Shown: positions 1 through 13,299 of the stretch, piece by piece | Layout: each line of letters begins with the position of its first letter | Numbering within the stretch: position 1 is the stretch's first letter | Assembly: GCA_964057225.1 (NCBI GenBank) | Contig: OZ059897.1 | Span: forward strand, 1,798,001 to 1,862,000 | DNA length: 64,000 nucleotides | From: Auanema rhodensis | Lineage: Eukaryota; Animalia; Nematoda | Direction: 5' to 3' | Notes under the pieces: model-generated | The model's database searches: none | What the model saw: the letters and a program-made list of their open reading frames with translations, nothing else | Told to the model about the DNA's origin: nothing | Made by a program: the position numbers and the translations under genes

Positions 1-75
1 TGTTATTCAACGAAAAAATTAATTCTTCAGGGTGAAAATCGAGGATATAAGTGTGAACATATATCAGTTGATTAC

Positions 76-142
76 TCGGTGCATTTTTAAGCTAGCGCAA
101 ATCTGATAACACAGATCAACGCAGCTTAAAAATCCGCATCGA
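76..142. other. Long imperfect inverted repeat (hairpin/cruciform potential), present in each monomer
   Basis: tcggtgc-atttttaagct-a-gcg-caa-atctg [ataaca] cagat-caa-cgc-agcttaaaaat-cc-gcatcga. Arms: 11-bp perfect pair, plus 3-bp, 5-bp and 7-bp (one G:T) segments. Confidence 0.85.
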
Positions 143-216
143 ATGCACTATACTACATTGAGAAACGCTCCATACAAAAATTAGTTATGATCGTTTGAAA
201 AATAATGCATTAGTGT

Positions 217-244
217 ATGTTGAGTTCCCATGTACACTCAACAT
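217..244. other. Perfect 9-bp inverted repeat with 10-nt spacer, present in most monomers
   Basis: atgttgagt-tcccatgtac-actcaacat. Confidence 0.85.
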
Positions 245-1199
245 TGCTTCCAAAAACATTTTGACAAAAATTTTCCCGAAAAATTTCTGAATAATTTCAC
301 AAAAAGTAAATGTTTTTAGATTCCTTTTTTCAAGGCGAAGACGATGGACAATGTTATTCAACGAAAAAATTAATTCTTCAAGGTGAAAATCGAGGATATA
401 AGTGTGAACTCATATAAGTTGATATCTCGGAGCATTTTTAAGCTAGCGCAAATCTGATAACACAGATCGACGCAGTTTAAAAATCCGCATCGACTGCACT
501 ATACTACATTGAGAAAAGTTTAATACAAAAATTAGTTATGATCGTTTGAAAAATAATGCATTAGTGTGTGTTGAGTTCCCATGTACACTCAACATTGCTT
601 CCAAAAACATTTTGACAAAAATTTTCCCGAACAATTTCTAAATAATTTCACAAAAAGTAGATGTTTTTAGATTCCTTTTTTCAAGACGAAGACGATGGAC
701 AATGTTATTCAACGAAAAAATCATTTCTTCAGGGTGAAAATCGAGGATATAAGTGTGAACATATATCAGTTGATATCTCGGTGCATTTTTAAGCTAACTC
801 AAATCTGATAACACAGATCAACGCAGCTTAAAAATCCGCATCGAATGCACTATACTACATTGAGAAACGCTCCATACAAAAATTAGTTATGATCGTTTGA
901 AAAATAAAGCATTAGTGTATGTTGAGTTCCCATGTACACTCAACATTGCTTCCAAAAACATTTTGACAAAAATTTTCCCGAACAATTTCTAAATAATTTC
1001 ACAAAAATTAGATGTTTTTAGATTCCTTTTTTCAAGACGAAGACGATGGACAATGTTATTCAACGAAAAAATCATTTCTTCAGGGTGAAAATCGAGGATA
1101 TAAGTGTGAACATATATCAGTTGATATCTCGGTGCATTTTTAAGCTAACTCAAATCTAATAACACAGATCGACGCAGCTTAAAAATCCGCATCGACTGC

Positions 1200-4100
1200 A
1201 CTATACTACATTGAGAAAAGTTTATTACAAAAATTAGTTATGATCGTTTGAAAAAAAATGCATTAGTGTGTGTTGAGTTCCCATGTACACTTAACATTGC
1301 TTCCAAAAACATTGTGACAAAAATTTTCCCGAAAAATTTCTAAATAATTTCACAAAAAGTAGATGTTTTTAGATTTCTTTTTTCAAGGCAAAGACGATGG
1401 ACAATGTTATTCAACGAAAAAATTAATTCTTCAGGGTGAAAATCGAGGATATAAGTGTGAACCTATATCAGTTGATTACTCGGTGCATTTTTAAGTTAGC
1501 GCAAATCTGATAACACAGATCAACGCAGCTTAAAAATCCGCGTCGAATGCACTATACTACATTGAGAAACGCTCTATACAAAATTTAGTTATGATCGTTT
1601 GAAAAATAATGCATTAGTGTATGTTGAGTTCCCATGTACACTCAACATTGCTTCCAAAAACATTTTGACAAAAATTTTCCCGAACAATTTCTAAATAATT
1701 TCACAAAAAGTAGATGTTTTTAGATTCCTTTTTCCAAGACGAAGACGATGGACAATGTTATTCAACGAAAAAATCATTTCTTCAGGGTGAAAATCGAGGA
1801 TATAAGTGTGAACATATATCAGTTGATATCTCGGTGCATTTTTAAGCTAACTCAAATCTGATAACACAGATCGACGCAGCTTAAAAATCCGCATCGAATG
1901 CACTATACTACATTGAGAAACGCTCTATACAAAAATTAGTTATGATCGTTTGAAAAATAATGCATTAGTGTATGTTGAGTTCCCATGTACACTCAACATT
2001 GCTTCCAAAAACATTGTGACAAAAATTTTCCCGAAAAATTTCTAAATAATTTCACAAAAAGTAGGAGTTTTTAGATTTCTTTTTTCAAGGCAAAGACAAT
2101 GGACAATGTTATTCAACGAAAAAATTAATTCTTCAGGGTGAAAATCGAGGATATAAGTGTGAACCTATATCAGTTGATTACTCGGTGCATTTTTAAGCTA
2201 GCGCAAATCTGATAACACAGATCAACGCAGCTTAAAAATCCGCATCGAATGCACTATACTACATTGAGAAACGCTCCATACAAAAATTAGTTATGATCGT
2301 TTGAAAAATAATGCATTAGTGTATGTTGAGTTCCCATGTACACTCAACATTGCTTCCAAAAACATTTTGACAAAAATTTTCCCGAAAAATTTCTGAATAA
2401 TTTCACAAAAAGTAAATGTTTTTAGATTCCTTTTTTCAAGACGAATACGATGGACAATGTTATTCAACGAAAAAATTAATTCTTCAAGGTGAAAATCGAG
2501 GATATAAGTGTGAACTCATATAAGTTGATATCTCGGAGCATTTTTAAGCTAGCGCAAATCTGATAACACAGATCGACGCAGCTTAAAAATCCGCATCGAC
2601 TGCACTATACTACATTGAGAAAAGTTTATTACAAAAATTAGTTATGATCGTTTGAAAAAAAATGCATTAGTGTGTGTTGAGTTCCCATGTACACTTAACA
2701 TTGCTTCCAAAAACATTGTGACAAAAATTTTCCCGAAAAATTTCTGAATAATTTCACAAAAAGTAAATGTTTTTAGATTCCTTTTTTTAAGGCAAAGACG
2801 ATGGACAATGTTATTCAACGAAAAAATTAATTCTTCAGGGTGAAAATCGAGGATATAAGTGTGAACCTATATCAGTTGATTACTCGGTGCATTTTTAAGT
2901 TAGCGCAAATCTGATAACACAGATCAACGCAGCTTAAAAATCCGCGTCGAATGCACTATACTACATTGAGAAACGCTCTATACAAAATTTAGTTATGATC
3001 GTTTGAAAAATAATGCATTAGTGTATGTTGAGTTCCCATGTACACTCAACATTGCTTCCAAAAACATTTTGACAAAAATTTTCCCGAAAAATTTCTAACT
3101 AATTTCACAAAAAGTAGGAGTTTTTAGATTTCTTTTTTCAAGGCAAAGACAATGGACAATGTTATTCAACGAAAAAATTAATTCTTCAAGGTGAAAATCG
3201 AGGATATAAGTGTGAACTCATATAAGTTGATATCTCGGAGCATTTTTAAGCTAGCGCAAATCTGATAACACAGATCGACGCAGCTTAAAAATCCGCATCG
3301 AATGCACTATACTACATTGAGAAACGCTCTATACAAAATTTAGTTATGATCGTTTGAAAAATAATGCATTAGTGTGTGTTGAGTTCCCATGTACACTTAA
3401 CATTGCTTCCAAAAACATTGTGACAAAAATTTTCCCGAAAAAATTCTAAATAATTTCACAAAAAGTAGATGTTTTTAGATTTCTTTTTTCAAGGCAAAGA
3501 CAATGGACAATGTTATTCAACGAAAAAATTAATTCTTCAGGGTGAAAATCGAGGATATAAGTGTGAACCTATATCAGTTGATTACTCGGTGCATTTTTAA
3601 GCTAGCGCAAATCTGATAACACAGATCAACGCAGCTTAAAAATCCGCATCGAATGCACTATACTACATTGAGAAACGCTCCATACAAAAATTAGTTATGA
3701 TCGTTTGAAAAATAATGCATTAGTGTATGTTGAGTTCCCATTTACACTCAACATTGCTTCCAAAAACATTTTGACAAAAATTTTCCCGAAAAATTACTAA
3801 ATAATTTCACAAAAAGTAGATGTTTTTAGATTTCTTTTTTTAAGGCAAAGACGATGGACAATGTTATTCAACGAAAAAATTAATTCTTCAGGGTGAAAAT
3901 CGAGGATATAAGTGTGAACCTATATCAGTTGATTACTCGGTGCATTTTTAAGTTAACGCAAATCTGATAACACAGATCAACGCAGCTTAAAAATCCGCTT
4001 CGAATGCACTATACTACATTGAGAAACGCTCTATACAAAATTTAGTTATGATCGTTTGAAAAATAATGCATTAGTGTATGTTGAGTTCCCATGTACACTC

Positions 4101-7100
4101 AACATTGCTTCCAAAAACATTGTGACAAAAATTTTCCCGAAAAATTTCTAAATAATTTCACAAAAAGTAGGAGTTTTTAGATTTCTTTTTTCAAGGCAAA
4201 GACAATGGACAATGTTATTCAACGAAAAAATTAATTCTTCAGGGTGAAAATCGAGGATATAAGTGTGAACCTATATCAGTTGATTACTCGGTGCATTTTT
4301 AAGCTAGCGCAAATCTGATAACACAGATCAACGCAGCTTAAAAATCCGCATCGAATGCACTATACTACATTGAGAAACGCTCCATACAAAAATTAGTTAT
4401 GATCGTTTGAAAAATAATGCATTAGTGTATGTTGAGTTCCCATGTACACTCAACATTGCTTCCAAAAACATTTTGACAAAAATTTTCCCGAAAAATTTCT
4501 AAATAATTTCACAAAAAGTAAATGTTTTTAGATTCCTTTTTTCAAGACGAATACGATGGACAATGTTATTCAACGAAAAAATTAATTCTTCAAGGTGAAA
4601 ATCGAGGATATAAGTGTGAACTCATATAAGTTGATATCTCGGAGCATTTTTAAGCTAGCGCAAATCTGATAACACAGATCGACGCAGCTTAAAAATCCGC
4701 ATCGACTGCACTATACTACATTGAGAAAAGTTTATTACAAAAATTAGTTATGATCGTTTGAAAAAAAATGCATTAGTGTGTGTTGAGTTCCCATGTACAC
4801 TTAACATTGCTTCCAAAAACATTGTGACAAAAATTTTCCCGAAAAATTTCTAAATAATTTCACAAAAAGTAGATGTTTTTAGATTTCTTTTTTCAAGGCA
4901 AAGACGATGGACAATGTTATTCAACGAAAAAATTAATTCTTCAGGGTGAAAATCGAGGATATAAGTGTGAACCTATATCAGTTGATTACTCGGTGCATTT
5001 TTAAGTTAGCGCAAATCTGATAACACAGATCAACGCAGCTTAAAAATCCGCGTCGAATGCACTATACTACATTGAGAAACGCTCTATACAAAATTTAGTT
5101 ATGATCGTTTGAAAAATAATGCATTAGTGTATGTTGAGTTCCCATGTACACTCAACATTGCTTCCAAAAACATTTTGACAAAAATTTTCCCGAACAATTT
5201 CTAAATAATTTCACAAAAAGTAGATGTTTTTAGATTCCTTTTTTCAAGACGAAGACGATGGACAATGTTATTCAACGAAAAAATCATTTCTTCAGGGTGA
5301 AAATCGAGGATATAAGTGTGAACATATATCAGTTGATATCTCGGTGCATTTTTAAGCTAACTCAAATCTGATAACACAGATCGACGCAGCTTAAAAATCC
5401 GCATCGAATGCACTATACTACATTGAGAAACGCTCTATACAAAAATTAGTTATGATCGTTTGAAAAATAATGCATTAGTGTATGTTGAGTTCCCATGTAC
5501 ACTCAACATTGCTTCCAAAAACATTGTGACAAAAATTTTCCCGAAAAATTTCTAAATAATTTCACAAAAAGTAGGAGTTTTTAGATTTCTTTTTTCAAGG
5601 CAAAGACAATGGACAATGTTATTCAACGAAAAAATTAATTCTTCAGGGTGAAAATCGAGGATATAAGTGTGAACCTATATCAGTTGATTACTCGGTGCAT
5701 TTTTAAGCTAGCGCAAATCTGATAACACAGATCAACGCAGCTTAAAAATCCGCATCGAATGCACTATACTACATTGAGAAACGCTCCATACAAAAATTAG
5801 TTATGATCGTTTGAAAAATAATGCATTAGTGTATGTTGAGTTCCCATGTACACTCAACATTGCTTCCAAAAACATTTTGACAAAAATTTTCCCGAAAAAT
5901 TTCTGAATAATTTCACAAAAAGTAAATGTTTTTAGATTCCTTTTTTCAAGACGAATACGATGGACAATGTTATTCAACGAAAAAATTAATTCTTCAAGGT
6001 GAAAATCGAGGATATAAGTGTGAACTCATATAAGTTGATATCTCGGAGCATTTTTAAGCTAGCGCAAATCTGATAACACAGATCGACGCAGCTTAAAAAT
6101 CCGCATCGACTGCATTATACTACATTGAGAAAAGTTTATTACAAAAATTAGTTATGATCGTTTGAAAAAAAATGCATTAGTGTGTGTTGAGTTCCCATGT
6201 ACACTTAACATTGCTTCCAAAAACATTGTGACAAAAATTTTCCCGAAAAAGTTCTGAATAATTTCACAAAAAGTAAATGTTTTTAGATTCCTTTTTTCAA
6301 GGCAAAGACGATGGACAATGTTATTCAACGAAAAAATTAATTCTTCAGGGTGAAAATCGAGGATATAAGTGTGAACCTATATCAGTTGATTACTCGGTGC
6401 ATTTTTAAGTTAGCGCAAATCTGATAACACAGATCAACGCAGCTTAAAAATTCGCGTCGAATGCACTATACTACATTGAGAAACGCTCTATACAAAATTT
6501 AGTTATGATCGTTTGAAAAATAATGCATTAGTGTATGTTGAGTTCCCATGTACACTCAACATTGCTTCCAAAAACATTTTGACAAAAATTTTCCCGAAAA
6601 ATTTCTAAATAATTTCACAAAAAGTAGGAGTTTTTAGATTTCTTTTTTCAAGGCAAAGACAATGGACAATGTTATTCAACGAAAAAATTAATTCTTCGAG
6701 GTGAAAATCGAGGATATAAGTGTGAACTCATATAAGTTGATATCTCGGAGCATTTTTAAGCTAGCGCAAATCTGATAACACAGATCGACGCAGCTTAAAA
6801 ATCCGCATCGAATGCACTATACTACATTGAGAAACGCTCTATACAAAATTTAGTTATGATCGTTTGAAAAATAATGCATTAGTGTGTGTTGAGTTCCCAT
6901 GTACACTTAACATTGCTTCCAAAAACATTGTGACAAAAATTTTCCCGAAAAATTTCTAAATAATTTCACAAAAAGTAGATGTTTTTAGATTTCTTTTTTC
7001 AAGGCAAAGACAATGGACAATGTTATTCAACGAAAAAATTAATTCTTCAGGGTGAAAATCGAGGATATAAGTGTGAACCTATATCAGTTGATTACTCGGT

Positions 7101-10100
7101 GCATTTTTAAGCTAGCGCAAATCTGATAACACAGATCAACGCAGCTTAAAAATCCGCATCGAATGCACTATACTACATTGAGAAACGCTCCATACAAAAA
7201 TTAGTTATGATCGTTTGAAAAATAATGCATTAGTGTATGTTGAGTTCCCATTTACACTCAACATTGCTTCCAAAAACATTTTGACAAAAATTTTCCCGAA
7301 CAATTTCTAAATAATTTCACAAAAAGTAGATGTTTTTAGATTCCTTTTTTCAAGACGAAGACGATGGACAATGTTATTCAACGAAAAAATCATTTCTTCA
7401 GGGTGAAAATCGAGGATATAAGTGTGAACATATATCAGTTGATATCTCGGTGCATTTTTAAGCTAACTCAAATCTGATAACACAGATCGACGCAGCTTAA
7501 AAATCCGCATCGAATGCACTATACTACATTGAGAAACGCTCTATACAAAAATTAGTTATGATCGTTTGAAAAATAATGCATTAGTGTATGTTGAGTTCCC
7601 ATGTACACTCAACATTGCTTCCAAAAACATTGTGACAAAAATTTTCCCGAAAAATTTCTAAATAATTTCACAAAAAGTAGGAGTTTTTAGATTTCTTTTT
7701 TCAAGGCAAAGACAATGGACAATGTTATTCAACGAAAAAATTAATTCTTCAGGGTGAAAATCGAGGATATAAGTGTGAACCTATATCAGTTGATTACTCG
7801 GTGCATTTTTAAGCTAGCGCAAATCTGATAACACAGATCAACGCAGCTTAAAAATCCGCATCGAATGCACTATACTACATTGAGAAACGCTCCATACAAA
7901 AATTAGTTATGATCGTTTGAAAAATAATGCATTAGTGTATGTTGAGTTCCCATGTACACTCAACATTGCTTCCAAAAACATTTTGACAAAAATTTTCCCG
8001 AAAAATTTCTGAATAATTTCACAAAAAGTAAATGTTTTTAGATTCCTTTTTTCAAGACGAATACGATGGACAATGTTATTCAACGAAAAAATTAATTCTT
8101 CAAGGTGAAAATCGAGGATATAAGTGTGAACTCATATAAGTTGATATCTCGGAGCATTTTTAAGCTAGCGCAAATCTGATAACACAGATCGACGCAGCTT
8201 AAAAATCCGCATCGACTGCATTATACTACATTGAGAAAAGTTTATTACAAAAATTAGTTATGATCGTTTGAAAAAAAATGCATTAGTGTGTGTTGAGTTC
8301 CCATGTACACTTAACATTGCTTCCAAAAACATTGTGACAAAAATTTTCCCGAAAAATTTCTGAATAATTTCACAAAAAGTAAATGTTTTTAGATTCCTTT
8401 TTTCAAGGCAAAGACGATGGACAATGTTATTCAACGAAAAAATTAATTCTTCAGGGTGAAAATCGAGGATATAAGTGTGAACCTATATCAGTTGATTACT
8501 CGGTGCATTTTTAAGTTAGCGCAAATCTGATAACACAGATCAACGCAGCTTAAAAATTCGCGTCGAATGCACTATACTACATTGAGAAACGCTCTATACA
8601 AAATTTAGTTATGATCGTTTGAAAAATAATGCATTAGTGTATGTTGAGTTCCCATGTACACTCAACATTGCTTCCAAAAACATTTTGACAAAAATTTTCC
8701 CGAAAAATTTCTAAATAATTTCACAAAAAGTAGGAGTTTTTAGATTTCTTTTTTCAAGGCAAAGACAATGGACAATGTTATTCAACGAAAAAATTAATTC
8801 TTCAAGGTGAAAATCGAGGATATAAGTGTGAACTCATATAAGTTGATATCTCGGAGCATTTTTAAGCTAGCGCAAATCTGATAACACAGATCGACGCAGC
8901 TTAAAAATCCGCATCGAATGCACTATACTACATTGAGAAACGCTCTATACAAAATTTAGTTATGATCGTTTGAAAAATAATGCATTAGTGTGTGTTGAGT
9001 TCCCATGTACACTTAACATTGCTTCCAAAAACATTGTGACAAAAATTTTCCCGAAAAATTTCTAAATAATTTCACAAAAAGTAGATGTTTTTAGATTTCT
9101 TTTTTCAAGGCAAAGACAATGGACAATGTTATTCAACGAAAAAATTAATTCTTCAGGGTGAAAATCGAGGATATAAGTGTGAACCTATATCAGTTGATTA
9201 CTCGGTGCATTTTTAAGCTAGCGCAAATCTGATAACACAGATCAACGCAGCTTAAAAATCCGCATCGAATGCACTATACTACATTGAGAAACGCTCCATA
9301 CAAAAATTAGTTATGATCGTTTGAAAAATAATGCATTAGTGTATGTTGAGTTCCCATTTACACTCAACATTGCTTCCAAAAACATTTTGACAAAAATTTT
9401 CCCGAAAAATTACTAAATAATTTCACAAAAAGTAGATGTTTTTAGATTTCTTTTTTTAAGGCAAAGACGATGGACAATGTTATTCAACGAAAAAATTAAT
9501 TCTTCAGGGTGAAAATCGAGGATATAAGTGTGAACCTATATCAGTTGATTACTCGGTGCATTTTTAAGTTAACGCAAATCTGATAACACAGATCAACGCA
9601 GCTTAAAAATCCGCTTCGAATGCACTATACTACATTGAGAAACGCTCTATACAAAATTTAGTTATGATCGTTTGAAAAATAATGCATTAGTGTATGTTGA
9701 GTTCCCATGTACACTCAACATTGCTTCCAAAAACATTGTGACAAAAATTTTCCCGAAAAATTTCTAAATAATTTCACAAAAAGTAGGAGTTTTTAGATTT
9801 CTTTTTTCAAGGCAAAGACAATGGACAATGTTATTCAACGAAAAAATTAATTCTTCAGGGTGAAAATCGAGGATATAAGTGTGAACCTATATCAGTTGAT
9901 TACTCGGTGCATTTTTAAGCTAGCGCAAATCTGATAACACAGATCAACGCAGCTTAAAAATCCGCATCGAATGCACTATACTACATTGAGAAACGCTCCA
10001 TACAAAAATTAGTTATGATCGTTTGAAAAATAATGCATTAGTGTATGTTGAGTTCCCATGTACACTCAACATTGCTTCCAAAAACATTTTGACAAAAATT

Positions 10101-13000
10101 TTCCCGAAAAATTTCTAAATAATTTCACAAAAAGTAGGAGTTTTTAGATTTCTTTTTTCAAGGCAAAGACAATGGACAATGTTATTCAACGAAAAAATTA
10201 ATTCTTCAAGGTGAAAATCGAGGATATAAGTGTGAACTCATATAAGTTGATATCTCGGAGCATTTTTAAGCTAGCGCAAATCTGATAACACAGATCGACG
10301 CAGCTTAAAAATCCGCATCGACTGCACTATACTACATTGAGAAAAGTTTATTACAAAAATTAGTTATGATCGTTTGAAAAAAAATGCATTAGTGTGTGTT
10401 GAGTTCCCATGTACACTTAACATTGCTTCCAAAAACATTGTGACAAAAATTTTCCCGAAAAATTTCTAAATAATTTCACAAAAAGTAGATGTTTTTAGAT
10501 TTCTTTTTTCAAGGCAAAGACGATGGACAATGTTATTCAACGAAAAAATTAATTCTTCAGGGTGAAAATCGAGGATATAAGTGTGAACCTATATCAGTTG
10601 ATTACTCGGTGCATTTTTAAGCTAGCGCAAATCTGATAACACAGATCAACGCAGCTTAAAAATCCGCATCGAATGCACTATACTACATTGAGAAACGCTC
10701 CATACAAAAATTAGTTATGATCGTTTGAAAAATAATGCATTAGTGTATGTTGAGTTCCCATGTACACTCAACATTGCTTCCAAAAACATTTTGACAAAAA
10801 TTTTCCCGAAAAATTTCTAAATAATTTCACAAAAAGTAGGAGTTTTTAGATTTCTTTTTTCAAGGCAAAGACAATGGACAATGTTATTCAACGAAAAAAT
10901 TAATTCTTCAAGGTGAAAATCGAGGATATAAGTGTGAACTCATATAAGTTGATATCTCGGAGCATTTTTAAGCTAGCGCAAATCTGATAACACAGATCGA
11001 CGCAGCTTAAAAATCCGCATCGACTGCACTATACTACATTGAGAAAAGTTTATTACAAAAATTAGTTATGATCGTTTGAAAAAAAATGCATTAGTGTGTG
11101 TTGAGTTCCCATGTACACTTAACATTGCTTCCAAAAACATTGTGACAAAAATTTTCCCGAAAAATTTCTAAATAATTTCACAAAAAGTAGATGTTTTTAG
11201 ATTTCTTTTTTCAAGGCAAAGACGATGGACAATGTTATTCAACGAAAAAATTAATTCTTCAGGGTGAAAATCGAGGATATAAGTGTGAACCTATATCAGT
11301 TGATTACTCGGTGCATTTTTAAGTTAGCGCAAATCTGATAACACAGATCAACGCAGCTTAAAAATCCGCGTCGAATGCACTATACTACATTGAGAAAAGT
11401 TTATTACAAAAATTAGTTATGATCGTTTGAAAAAAAATGCATTAGTGTATGTTGAGTTCCCATGTACACTCAACATTGCTTCCAAAAACATTTTGACAAA
11501 AATTTTCCCGAACAATTTCTAAATAATTTCACAAAAAGTAGATGTTTTTAGATTCCTTTTTTCAAGACGAAGACGATGGACAATGTTATTCAACGAAAAA
11601 ATCATTTCTTCAGGGTGAAAATCGAGGATATAAGTGTGAACATATATCAGTTGATATCTCGGTGCATTTTTAAGCTAACTCAAATCTGATAACACAGATC
11701 GACGCAGCTTAAAAATCCGCATCGAATGCACTATACTACATTGAGAAACGCTCTATACAAAAATTAGTTATGATCGTTTGAAAAATAATGCATTAGTGTA
11801 TGTTGAGTTCCCATGTACACTCAACATTGCTTCCAAAAACATTGTGACAAAAATTTTCCCGAAAAATTTCTAAATAATTTCACAAAAAGTAGGAGTTTTT
11901 AGATTTCTTTTTTCAAGGCAAAGACAATGGACAATGTTATTCAACGAAAAAATTAATTCTTCAGGGTGAAAATCGAGGATATAAGTGTGAACCTATATCA
12001 GTTGATTACTCGGTGCATTTTTAAGCTAGCGCAAATCTGATAACACAGATCAACGCAGCTTAAAAATCCGCATCGAATGCACTATACTACATTGAGAAAC
12101 GCTCCATACAAAAATTAGTTATGATCGTTTGAAAAATAATGCATTAGTGTATGTTGAGTTCCCATGTACACTCAACATTGCTTCCAAAAACATTTTGACA
12201 AAAATTTTCCCGAAAAATTTCTGAATAATTTCACAAAAAGTAAATGTTTTTAGATTCCTTTTTTCAAGACGAATACGATGGACAATGTTATTCAACGAAA
12301 AAATTAATTCTTCAAGGTGAAAATCGAGGATATAAGTGTGAACTCATATAAGTTGATATCTCGGAGCATTTTTAAGCTAGCGCAAATCTGATAACACAGA
12401 TCGACGCAGCTTAAAAATCCGCATCGACTGCACTATACTACATTGAGAAAAGTTTATTACAAAAATTAGTTATGATCGTTTGAAAAAAAATGCATTAGTG
12501 TGTGTTGAGTTCCCATGTACACTTAACATTGCTTCCAAAAACATTGTGACAAAAATTTTCCCGAAAAATTTCTAAATAATTTCACAAAAAGTAGATGTTT
12601 TTAGATTTGTTTTTTCAAGGCAAAGACGATGGACAATGTTATTCAACGAAAAAATTAATTCTTCAGGGTGAAAATCGAGGATATAAGTGTGAACCTATAT
12701 CAGTTGATTACTCGGTGCATTTTTAAGTTAGCGCAAATCTGATAACACAGATCAACGCAGCTTAAAAATCCGCGTCGATTGCACTATACTACATTGAGAA
12801 ACGCTCTATACAAAATTTAGTTATGATCGTTTGAAAAATAATGCATTAGTGTATGTTGAGTTCCCATGTACACTCAACATTGCTTCCAAAAACATTTTGA
12901 CAAAAATTTTCCCGAACAATTTCTAAATAATTTCACAAAAAGTAGATGTTTTTAGATTCTTTTTTTCAAGACGAAGACGATGGACAATGTTATTCAACGA
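1200..13000. repeat. HOR domain 1: 10-mer (3510 bp) with nested 6-mer and 2-mer duplications
   Basis: Monomers 5-10 match monomers 15-20. cccatttacac occurs at about 3737, 7247 and 9353. tgcattatac occurs at about 6111 and 8217 (2106 apart). The marker aactcatataag...ggagc is in monomers 2, 8, 10, 14, 18, 20, 24, 26, 30, 32 and 36. Confidence 0.8.
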
Positions 13001-13299
13001 AAAAATCATTTCTTCAGGGTGAAAATCGAGGATATAAGTGTGAACATATATCAGTTGATATCTCGGTGCATTTTCAAGCTAACTCAAATCTGATAACACA
13101 GATCGACGCAGCTTAAAAATCCGCATCGAATGCACTATACTACATTGAGAAACGCTCTATACAAAATTTAGTTATGATCGTTTGAAAAATAATGCATTAG
13201 TGTATGTTGAGTTCCCATGTACACTCAACATTGCTTCCAAAAACATTGTGACAAAAATTTTCCCGAAAAATTTCTAAATAATTTCACAAAAAGTAAGAG

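Larger units (their letters stand above)
1..351 (+). repeat. Representative 351-bp monomer (arbitrary phase)
   Basis: First full period. About 32% GC, many A4-6/T4-6 tracts, 12 CpGs counted. Confidence 0.97.

Noticed and set aside
24-30. Hammerhead ribozyme core CUGANGA on the minus strand (tcttcag = CUGAAGA), considered because some animal satellites encode hammerheads
   Set aside because: I could not build a convincing stem II closing onto a downstream GAAA, or stems I and III. The plus-strand ctgataa does not match the core. An Infernal/Rfam or RNAMotif search of a dimer would settle it.
1-351. Tandem 5S rRNA, tRNA, snRNA or spliced-leader gene array
   Set aside because: I recognise no 5S, tRNA cloverleaf/A-B box, snRNA or spliced-leader sequence on either strand; not tested by covariance search.
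1-351. Assignment to a named satellite (for example Drosophila 1.688/359-bp, tenebrionid ~350-360-bp families, alpha satellite)
   Set aside because: Only length and AT content are similar. I cannot recognise sequence identity or a canonical CENP-B box; a database search is needed.
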